The position numbers and the translations under genes are program-made. From Podarcis tiliguerta (lineage: Eukaryota), in NCBI GenBank assembly GCA_965153285.1, contig OZ229111.1: a stretch of 64,000 nucleotides of DNA; one strand, 5' to 3'. The notes under the pieces were generated by a model. It was not told the DNA's origin and searched no databases. It saw only the letters and a program-made list of their open reading frames with translations. Shown here piece after piece: positions 35,901-47,900 of the stretch (its first letter is position 1; each line of letters begins with the position of its first letter).

Positions 35901-38900
35901 GTGCGGCGTTTCCTTGAAAAGAAGCCGCGGATGCCTCTGGGCGGGCAGCGACGCTGGCGTGGCTTCGGATTGGCTGCAGGAAGTTCCCGCGGCCAATCCA
36001 AAGCCTCACCACCCGCACACTGAGGTAAATCCGGCGCGGCCATGGATGGAGAGGCCAGTGGGCAGGCGGCAGGTCTGGGCTGCACCATGGGCATTGTGAC
36101 GGGCGCGTCGTGGGGCTTCAGCTGGAGCGTGCCCGGTTCAGCGTTGCCGCTGGTGGCATCATCGGCGGCCGAGCTGGAGTAGCTGGAGGATGAGCTGCAC
36201 ACTGCCTGCCCGGCGCTCTGCATGCGCGGCCTGCCCACAGACCCGGCCTCGGACGATGGGCCACAGCATGTGGTGCATACCGCCTGGGAGCTCTGAAGGA
36301 CAGGCTGATGGAACAGCTGCTGCTTGCCAACAATGCCGGTGAGCGGGCGGTGCTGAGACATGCTCCTGAGCACATGCAGAGTGTGTTCCTCCTCCAGGTC
36401 CAGAGGCAGCTGCAGGACCGGCTTGGAGGGTATTTCTATTTTTCAAAATATAGTCTGGCCCCCCACAAGGTCTGAGGAACAGTGGACTGGCCCCCTGATG
36501 AAGAAGTTTGCTGACCCCTGTTCTAGAACCTCCTATGTCTAGGAGCATTAAATGTGTCCAATTGCAGGTCTGACATACATGAGGATGTCAGCTAATGCAA
36601 TTCACCAACTACCTTGGGTCTGATTGGAGAAGGCCTAGGCCTCTTCTTCACTTCAATCCATGCTTCAGAGTCCAAGTCTGGCAGGCTGGCAGAAAGGCCT
36701 TTGGGCATTGTCTTCAGATTACTAACTTCCTCTGTCTTCGTTGGCACAGGACTAGCAGAGCGGGGAGACCCAGGAGCAGATTCTGTAACATGGTATTTCA
36801 GTAAAAGATAAATATCTGTACATGCAGGCAACAGCCCTTTACAAAATACCCACAAGGATAAGCCTGGTGCTGTGAATAGCATGTGCTTTGCAACAGAGTA
36901 CGGGTGGCAACTTTCACCTCCCTTTACAGAGCTATCATGAACATCTGAGATGAGTGCAGAGCTTTGGCTATTTGAATATTTTCTACTTAATTTGTATTAA
37001 GCACTCATGAAAAATTGTTGGTTCTATTATATGATCCTTAGAATTTTTGCCTAAGCCTTACATAGCCCTGGCTAATTATGAAGTAGCTTTCCTTTCACCA
37101 GCTGAGACTCCCATTTCTCTACAGGGAAGAATGCTAGAAATATATAAAATGTTTTCACCACCTGCCTGAAGAACAACAAAGAAGGGGCCAGTCTAACCAT
37201 CCTTGGGAGGGAGTTCCAAAATGAGAGCACTACAACAACAAATGCTTGTATCTCCACCTAGCGCACCTGCCTTGGTGGTGCAATACATGGAAGAGCTATG
37301 CTAAAGATTACTGTAACTGATGGGCAGGTTCATACAGAAGCTGTTGAAATATCTTGGCCCCAAGCCACTTAAGGTGTTACAGTTATAAGCCAGCACCTTT
37401 ATCTGGACCTAGAAATCAACTGAAAGGAAGTGCAATTTTTATGGTCAGAAAAAATGAGCACCAGAAATTAAGTATAACTACCAAGAGTGGTGGTATCCAA
37501 GGGGGGCTTTGTCAATAAAAACCTTACAACTGTTTCCTTTAATGGAGTTAGAAAGCAGCTCTCATGCAGAGAAGCATTAACAGTCTCTGCAATCCAAACA
37601 GCCAGCCCTCCTCTAGCACTTTTACTCAGCGAAGATGTATATGGATTTAAAACGCAAGTGGTTGGTCTCAATCTTCAAAGCAATTTGTCCACATCCTCAA
37701 GCTCAATATTTAAGTCACTAAAATAGCAGACGTCTTAGATCAGGTGTTCTTAACCTGTGGAGGTCCATGGAACCCCTAGGTGGTCAATGGAGGGCTTCAG
37801 GGGGTGAACCAGGAACACACAAAAATTCCAATGCAATAAAATAAATTGTTTTGTGTGCATGTGTATTTTTCTGGGGAGGTGTTCCATAGTTTTCATCAGA
37901 TTCCAACAGGGGTACATAACCCCAGAAAGGTTGGGAACTGCTGAGCTATAGATTCAGCTCAGATATAAGCAATTTTATTGGCAAATTATTTTGTCAACTG
38001 GCCACAGCGAGCTGCCTAAGGTTCCTCCTCATCACCTTGGGGACTAGTATTTAATATTCCCTTCACCATTTAAAACAGCTTTGCTGGCCAATACTGTGCT
38101 CATCAGGCATACACCAAGAACAAAACAGAACACAATGCCTGCTCAGCAACACACAACACACTCAACTTGAGTGTGAGGCATAGGGCTGTACCTTTCAAGG
38201 TCTTGATCAATTATATTTCCAAGAAGCTCTCAAAGCCAGCACAAAGGGAATCAGACATTATTTTTCTTAGAAGAATCTGTCTCCTAATGGATTGAGATCA
38301 CCCATTATTTACATGACTGGATAGCAATACAGTCGTACCTTGGAAGTCAAACGGAATCAGTTCCGGAAGTCCGGAAGGCTTCCAATCGGAAGCCCCATCG
38401 GATGTTCGGCTTCCAAAAGAACTTTCGAAAACCGGAACAGTCACTTCCGGGTTTCAGTCGTTCAGGAGCCAAAACATTTGAGAATTAAAAAACAGGATGT
38501 ACACATTACATGTTCAAGAAAGTCTTGATAGAACAGTGCAGTCAACTTTGTGTGCACGTGTTCGTTAAGTAAAGCTGAAGTTTTGCTAACCATTATGCAA
38601 GATACATAATGGTGTCCTGGTCTCAAATTCATCACCACCAACACAAATAAAACTGCTTGGGTAGAGTTTCTAAAACACTATCAACAAACCTGTTTCCTTT
38701 TGGAAGCTTTGCCTGGGCACAAACTCTGGGCAGTTGATGAGCTGAGAGAAGTCAGTCTGTGCATAGTCTGTCATGGGAGGGCCAGGTAAAGGCCATTTTT
38801 CTGGTTCTTCCTTTCTCCTGATTTTCTGGTCCACAATCTCTACCACTTTGCTGTCTTTCAATGCCTGAAAAACAATCACTGTCAGCATTAATACTAAAGT

Positions 38901-41900
38901 AAGATACCCTTCTCCCTCTCTTTCTCCCACATGCCCTCTCCCTACTCCCCACAGAAACAGAGACGTATATTTAATACTGCGTATAAAGGTTCACCTTCCT
39001 TTTTCTTCAGACCATTGTTTGTTTACAAAAAAATTTCTCTAACACCCTTGATTGTGCAGACAGAGAAATCCCAGCAGAAGTATGCAAATAATATCAATGC
39101 AGAACAGAGCTGCAAGCCCTGTCTTACAGCTATTTAAAGCCTCAGTCTTCAAAATGCAACTGCATCCTGAAAACTGCAAGCATGCAGTTGGCAGAATGCA
39201 TGAACTACCTTTTGCATAACTGCAAAGAACACAAGTCTGCATAGACATTTGCCACTCTGCTTTGATCATCTTGCTCTGAGGTATATCAGGACATGCCCAA
39301 GGGTCTGAAAAGCGCATTTCAGTCTTGACTGCCCAGCACTCCACTACAAGTGGCCCAAATAAGAAACACAGGGTAATTTTTTACCTTAATTATGAGGCCA
39401 ACATCTGTAGTCAAGGCCTGCACCCGATGGAAACTGGCAATCAGAGTGATGGGAAGAAAGCCTTCTGTATCCATTTTCCGTCTCAGGAAAAAATCTCGTT
39501 CCAAGTTGTCAACACTGAAGTAGTACTCTCTGAACACAGCAAATAGTAGACGATGAAAATAACACACACACACACGGACCAGGTAACACTTAACAGAATA
39601 AATACCTCTGACCTCCTGAAAATTCCACCTCTCTTTCTGTTTACTAATACTTTACAAAAATAGGTAATTCCCAAGCTCTCTTTCAGCACTGGATGCTATG
39701 GGGAAAATTCCAGGACCATAGCTCAAGACATGTCCACATGAATAAGTATATATTTTATACTGTATTTTCAATATTCTTAGGCCCCCTTTCAGGTTTATTT
39801 TCCCCACTATGAAATACAATAATTAAAACCATTTGAACAACAAACTGCAACATTTAACAACACACATTATTACATCTATCATTTCAAAAGATTCTAACAG
39901 AATCCTTTAATATCAACAATAAAATATAAAACAAGCAGCAGAAAATCCCCTGAATACTAATAAAAATATTGATTCAGCCCTGCAGAATGTATTCATGTAG
40001 GCAGAAGAAAACTCATCATTTCCTCCTTTCTTCTCTAGTTTCAACTAAAACTAGCCCAAACTAAGCTAATTCTGCATGAGTAAAAGAAGCTGAATGACAT
40101 TCTAAGAAAAAATAACACCTGAAGGACGCAAATCCTGAATTCAGCTGTTCTAGGATTTGGTAAGTAGTCCAACTTGCGTGTCATGCTCTAACTAATGGGC
40201 TGCCAACTTCTGAAGTTCGTGGGAACCAAACACTTAGGGGCATTTCTGTTTAGCTATGCAGTGCCCAGGGAGTCCAGGCTACCCCTTGAAGGGGAAAGCA
40301 AGGCTACCCGTCTCCTCAGGGCAGCCAATCTCAATTCTACCAGGTTTCAACACATGAAAAAGGTGATTCATTCTCTTCCTCTGCACATCAGGACAGAGTG
40401 CAGATACTGAAGGTGTAGGGTGCAACTTCCACCAAAAGGCAAGCTTTCCTTTTCTAGGAAGCAGGCACTACTACCACTGATTCAACAGAGGCATTAGCTG
40501 GCATCAAGTACAATGATATGTTTCTAGAGAGGCAATTTATGTCAGAGGCTGCTCACTTTTCCTGCTAGAGTCTTAACTGGAAGTGCAGGGCATGGCTATG
40601 GAGACTGCCACCGTTGATTCAGGGGCCAGCAAAAATCTTGCATATTTCCAATGGGCCACCCTGTTATAAACAGTTGTGCCAGTGTACCCACTGGCACGTA
40701 TTCACAGGCTGTGATGGTGGTACAAGAATCCCCATTCTATCTACTTTTACTTTGTAGAACCTCAAGAATGAGGATGAAGACCATTGTCTTTGCAAGCACA
40801 ACTCCCAACTTTTAATCTACAACGAAAAGGTATAAAACTAGCTACAACTCTTCAAAAGGCAAATACTGTTTAGTTAGCTACTGCTAGAATCAAAACCAAC
40901 ACTTACATCTGCCGTTTGATATAATCCTTGAGCAACTCTTGGTCAACACTGTACAGCTCAGTGCTACTGATGTTGTCAAAATAGTAAGTGATATTACTGG
41001 TGTATTTCTGAGTGCGTGAGCCATCGGAGCCATCAAATTTCCGGTAACCGTACTGATAATCAAAGTGAGCTGCAGGGGGAAAGAAGCAAAAGGAAATTTC
41101 TTAAGACCTCAACTTTTCTAAGACCACTCTACGCTGTCAATATCCACAGATTAGGAGAACCAGGCTTGCAGCAGCCTAATTTAGGAACTGGAAAAGGCAC
41201 TGACATTTTCTTTTGGAAAGACCATTTTAAACAGAATTGCAATGCGAGATCCTCAGAAAATATGCATCTAGCACTGGCCAAGCAAAACAAAGTTGCACTA
41301 TATAATAACAGAGGTTCACAACTAGCCACTTCCTGAATGACTATTATATTTGTAATATATATTTGAGAATCTACAAAAAGTCTGTTTTCTTAGTGTAGTA
41401 GCTTTTTAGTTCAAAATGCTCAGTTAACTAGTATGGTTGCATTTCCAGTGGCAATAAATTTACACAAAAATTACATGAACAATGCTCTTTAATGGTACAC
41501 TTGTTTTAGTGCATCTACTCAAACTGTGCTGAGTCACAGTCCGGCCAAAATAATGCAACTGATCCCTAGCCATTGATATTCCAAGTGGGGGAAGAAATTT
41601 GTTGTCTGCCAGCTCTTTATCTATAGCATCAACCACATCCTGTACACAAAGCCACAATTATAAAAAATATCACGGTCTTATACGTACAGCGAGTACCTCC
41701 TCTTCCTCGCCCTCTCCCTCGTCCCCGACCACGGCCTCTGCCCCGGAAGGAACCACGCACAGTTGCTCCCTCACTCTTGACACTAGAGGTTTCATCATGG
41801 TCAGGCCAGCTTCGTTCATGTTTGTTATCCAGATGCCAACCTGCAAGAGAATGTTAGAGATGAGCATATCCCTAAGAGCCGTGAAATGCTTGGGAGATGC

Positions 41901-44900
41901 TGGTTGAATCATAGAGGGCTAGTGGATTCTATCTCCCTCATACACATTATGCAGACAAGGACAGAGGCTTAGCCAGAGAACAAACCAGTTCCTTGAATGA
42001 AGTACATAAGAATTCAGTTGGGATATTATTTTGATTTTTTAAAAAGAGTCAACACCACCACCACTCAGAAGTATCAGTAGCATGCACTCATCTACTTGTA
42101 AGGGAACTCCCAGTCAAACTGCTAAGCCTTTGAGGCTATGCTGCAGCCCACATGGAAATTAGAAGCCTACCCTATGAAAGAGCTGAAGGAACATGACAGC
42201 CTGAACATTACGAAAAATATAATTAAAAAATACATTACCAAAAATACCTTTTGAGTCACTTCGGTTGTTGGAAGGGTGCCGGTGCTGCTCATTTTGTCTG
42301 TTGTTGCGAGAAGCTGTTTTGTCTCTTGGTACCTCAGACTTCATGTCTATTTGCAGAGGGACCCATTTGTGTCTGCTACCTGCAAGGCATCAAGAACCGG
42401 CTGTTACAAATCTTTATGAGGAAGTACAAAACATCTCACCCAGGAAGGCACAAGGAGAGAAGGCACATCATTCAGGTCTTCGTAACTGACCTTAGCCAGC
42501 AAAAAGTGTAAAGAACATAATAAAAGTTCTGCCGGATCGTACCTTGGACATACCATACGTCAGCCTTTACCAACGTGGTGCCATTCAGAAGTTTGGGACC
42601 ACAACTCCCATCAGTCCCAGTTAGCACAGCTGGGCCTGATAAGAGTTGTAATCCAAAGAATCTGGAGGGCATCAGCTTGATGAAGTCCCCGAGATCCCAG
42701 ACCACTGTGCTTCAGCACTTTCAAATAGTTTCTTTTTACCCTTCTTCTTCTGAGCTGATTTCTGGTTGTCATCATCTCCATTCTTCTCCTCCCCTGATTC
42801 ATCTGACCGGGCTTTCATGTTCTCTTTACCATCGCTCCCTTCCCCTTTCTCCTGCTCCTTCATGTTTTTCTTTATAGGAACCTTCCGGAGAGATTGAGGC
42901 TTGTGTGGCAGCTGCTGAAAATGACAATCAGACATGCAAGCTGGGAATCAAAATGGCGGCTGAGCAAAGGTGGATCACAACTGACACAGCAAGTTCATTT
43001 AGTTGCCTGATGTGCTCACAATCACACTTGCGTTCACAATCACTCTTATGAGCCCACCCGAAGAGTCTAGAAACCAAGAACAATTGGTTACCCTCAAGAG
43101 AGAGCTCCAATTCATGAGCAATAACTTCTTGATAAAGCACGACTTCAAGCCGAAGTAGTTATTGCATAGTTATATAGGAGCAGCATGTTCCGAAGTTAAG
43201 AAGGTTACAAGAGCAAGACTTTAGTCAAATTAGAAGGCAAGTGAGTACTTCAGGCACATGCACTGCAGAATGAATCCCAATGATTTACGATATACGATAC
43301 GATATCTTTATTGTCATTGCAGTTGCGGAACAATGAAATTGAAAACTACATAAAACTACCACAAAACTACATAAAACTACATAAAACTACTACAAAACTA
43401 CATAAAACATTCAAAAACCCCTATCATTTCTGAATGATACAGAAACCAGACATGGTAAGTTTGGTGAATGACACCAGGACACCAGACCCAGAGAAGGGGC
43501 TGGCTGACAAGAGATAATGATGCTGGAAAGCTACTGCCAAAGGGGAGGGAATCCCAAAAATAGAAGTATGCTTTAAGCACTTCTGCATCTGCGCTGTGTC
43601 CCTCTTTGAGTGCTTATCCCACCCACCATAAAGCCATACAGCAGACAAGGCACTGGCTCCAGAAGCCTGGCTTGGTGCTAACCAGCCCACCTGCTTCATC
43701 CCCTCGTAAGAACAATCCCAGGTTTGCCTGAAGACTTGGTAAATTTACCTTCTCCGTTGTGGCCAGATTTTAGAATGGGCTCCAAGCTGATGTCCCAGAA
43801 TAGCACCGCTGAGCTAGGGAGCATAGTGGGCAGGGAAACCCTAAAAGGAAATCATCTGCCTGGGATCTGTAATGAGCTATTCCTGGCTTTCTCCTAAGCA
43901 GAGATTTAGCACCCCCAAAAAGTGTTGCTCAAACTGAACTCTCAGCAATATGGGGGGGAAACAACAGACTCTGTGCCGCAGCATGAATTATCATGTTTCC
44001 ACACTTCTTCACCCCTTCAAACATTCACCTATGCATACATCTTTAGACATATTTGACCAAATACGCTCATGGTAGGGGAATATCACTTTAAGTTTATGAC
44101 ATGTTGGTACACCACATGAAAGTAACAGGAAGATTGTACAGGTAAAATCGAACATATACACACTTTTGCATATGTGTGCACGTGCGGGGTTTTTTTTTGG
44201 GGGGGGGTAAAAGTAAGTATATTCTTGCCTTCCTTCAATTTAATCTTTAAAAATATAGCACTTTTTTCTTTTAAAGGAGATGAACTTCAATACTTTTAGT
44301 AAGTATACTGGGGGTTGCTCAAATAGCTCAATGCTGTAGGGTTTGCAACAACAAGGAAGCACTCAGCAGGAAGAGCGCAACCAAGAAGGGAATGGAATGT
44401 GACTCCCAGAAAATCATAGCTTACCTGATAGGTAAACTAATTGTTCTCTCTTTCTGAACTGTATCAGGGGCGGGTCAGTTTGTGCTCATGCATAAAATAG
44501 GAAGAATTGGAATTTATACCACAATTTACACCCTATTTGCTTCCTGGTGATTCCACTGTGTTTTTAAACAAATTGTCAGGAATATTTATATGCCATCCAA
44601 TAACCAAGTTATCTGGACAGCTTATGCAGCACCAAACTAAAGTTCAAGGAGAAAATGCAGAAAATTGGTCCACCTGCAAAACCAAACTGAAAATCACTTT
44701 CAAGGACTAAGAAGAAATAAATGCTGTGGAGAGAAAGGGAATTCCCTGGAAAAAGAAAATACACCCTTTAATCTTTGACCTTTTATACAAAGCACCATGT
44801 TGCAATTCTGCTATCACAACACTAGCCAAAGGACAGTTGGCTTTCTCCACTTAACAGAAGCAGAGACAGTGGTAAATTCCCAGCGATTGAGAATCTGGTA

Positions 44901-47900
44901 TTGAAAAGTGACACTTTGCCCACTGAACAAAGGGTTATTCTTTAACCTGCTTTGTAACTGATTTGCTGTATCTTTTTTATTTTTTAAAAAAACCTTCAGT
45001 GAGCAGGCATAAATACCTCTACAACCTACAGAGCAATTGGAATGAATTCAAAATGTTCTCTTTTCCTTCTTTTAAGTTAAGAAATGATCAAAGTTATATC
45101 CCAAAGCCTAGATTTTTTATATGAACAAACACAGGTCATTTCTCTAACCATTAGAAAAACAAGTTCAAGGCATTCAACCTCAACCTTTGTCTTTGAAAGA
45201 AGACAAAAACTAGGATGTGTACACAGGCCAAGTTTCACCTTGTATCACCTGTGCGCTTCAGAAAAAAATTCAGAAGTTTCCATGATATTTTTCTTGAATC
45301 CACGTCTCAGGTTCCAAGTCACTCCATATAAAATGAAGCTCTGTAGGCCAATTAACTATAATGAAAAATCTAAATATGGCAATATTTCCCTCCTTTTGAC
45401 CAAGTTGTTGAAATTTACAGATGCAAGAGTTCCTGCAGTGCAGATTAGGCCTGCCAAGTTGCAGATAATCAGGTCCACAGTCTTTTGGGCATGGGGCGTG
45501 TACAAGGTAGTCATAATCCTTTAAGAGGGACTGGGGAGGTTTGTTTCTTGCTCTTTCTTATCTTAAAATAATTAAGAAGTGTTTGAGTAGTATATATTCT
45601 TCCTAGTACATTTTTTTAAAAAAAGTTTGTAGCTTCACATTGGCCTTAGGCTTTACTACCCTGGCCTGGGTAACAAATATCCCACCCCATGTTTGATGGT
45701 GTGCCTCACAGTTCTATCCTGTCCTTCATGCTACCTAATGTCTGTATAAAGCAATGGGGGAAAGCTATTCAGAGGTTTGGGCTGAGTTGTCATTTGTTTG
45801 TGGATTAATATGATGCGCCACTTATTTTCAATCTATCCAACCTAGGGAGGCTGTGGAACTTCTGAGCCAATGCTTGAAGACCTTTTGAGGATGGATCAGG
45901 AAGAAGACTGAGCAGCAGCTTAATCCAAACAGGATGGAGGTCTTGTGGGTAGGAGAGCTGGCAAACTTGAATAGAGGTGTTCAACCTGTCCATGATGAGA
46001 TTGCACTTCTCCTAAAGAATCAAGTTCCCAGTTTGGGGGTGCTGCTAGATTCCTTGCTGTTGAGGTCCTGATAGTACTCAGGAATACCTTTTACCAGCTT
46101 AGTCCGGTACACCAACTGTGGCCCTATTTGGAGAGATCAGACTTCACCTCATTTATCCACCTATATGATATATGGATTGGACTACTGTAATGTGCCCTAC
46201 ATACAGAGCTGCCTTTGAAGACAGCACAGGTGCTTCAACTTGTATGGGATGTGGTTGTCCAGGGGGTCACAAGATCAGAACCCATTATACCAATTTTGTA
46301 TTAGATGAACTGGTTACCAGTGCATTTCCAGCCCCAATAAAAAGTGTTAGCCATTACTTTAAAGCACTGAATGGCTTAGGTTCAGGTTACATAAATGACT
46401 GCCTTTACCTAACAGGGATTGTTGGTTACTGAAATAATTTTGTATGAGTATAAAGCCCGCTTCCACAATGCCAATTCATTTTAAGCACAACAATGTAATC
46501 TGTTTTACATACTTCTACCTCTTTCCATCAACTATGGATATTGTATGGATATCTGTGTGTACATTAAATCACCATTTTAATTGAACTTTCATAATTATGT
46601 GATTTATTGCATCCAATAAACACTTTCAAACAGTAAATTGAGGGAACACCAATCTTTGGAGGCAATTAAGGCACCATTCCGCCCCCCAATCCCCCATTTT
46701 TCTCAATTTTCGTTACTGGGTGTAAGGGGACATAGTTCTTACCACCCTATTACTTCCCTTTCAACACAAACACACACACACACAAAATAATCTGAAGGGA
46801 TTTCTTACTCTATATATACTTTTAAAAAAATTCTCAGCTTTTATTTAACTGGCAGGATTTAAGGAAGACTAAATAGACACTGCATTTATAGAAGGGTGCA
46901 AATGTTAATCCTGATGCACTGTAGAAATTTAAGCCTAAAGTATTCTGGGTTGTATCCCACTTAGTCACTGCAACACAACTTCCCCATCTCTCCTCCCCCT
47001 GCATCATCCCCAAATCTGCTCTAGAGGGATGAGGGAACCGCCAAGAGTAGTTTTTGGGCTGTGGGAACACACAGAGAATAGGAGGTTCCACTGTGCAAGA
47101 AGTTGTTCTGCTCACACAATCACTTAGTTGGATATAACTCTGACTCTAAAAACCTTTTAAAAAAACCTTACTTCTAAACTAGACAAACTTTCACAGTGGT
47201 GCCTAGGCATAAGAAAAATACCGTATTTTTCGTTCTATAAGGCGCACCAGACCATTAGACGCACCTAGTTTTGGGAGGAGGAAAACAAGAAAAAAAATAT
47301 TCTGAATCCCAGAAGCCAGAACAGCAAGAGGGATCGCTGCGCAGTGAAAGCAGTGATTCCTCTTGCTGTTCTGGCTTCTGGGATAGCTGCGCAGCCTGCA
47401 TTCGCTCCATAAGATGCACACACATTTCCCCTTACTTTTTAGGAGGGAAAAAGTGAGTCTTATAGAGCAAAAAATACGGTACATATCAAGGCTGCAATTC
47501 AACACAGTTACCTAGAGTAGGTCTCATTTAACTTAATGGGACTTCCTGCTCGATAAACATGAATAGAATTGTAATGCTACCATCATAGCAAGCCACTTCA
47601 CTACAAGGAAATTCCCAAAGGCCCATGGAATCGTTTGCTTTTGTACAGAACACTATTCGTTCAGGATCCCTAGTCATCCACAATCATGCCAAAGAACAGA
47701 AGCACCTTCCTTCTCAAGTCAGAATGGGTGTTTTACCTGGACACTCTTGTGAGCTATTTCTCCTGGCGTTGGCCAGTTTGTGGCATCCCCAAAGTCACCA
47801 ACCTAGTAAAAAAAAGCAGAGTTATCAAATCAACAGAGTATCATATAACAAGGAATTACCCTGTGTAAAACTGCAATATTTCTCCAGCAGGAGAACTTTT

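Noticed and set aside
36042-36338. A functional SPR gene or processed pseudogene nested in LARP1
   Set aside because: Two stops, a frameshift and a deletion; no downstream SPR exons seen; retains an intron donor and is bounded by TIRs/TSD rather than a poly(A) tail
35876-36548. Minus-strand ORFs of 165, 129 and 85 aa as a novel gene
   Set aside because: GC-rich antisense frames of the captured SPR-like fragment
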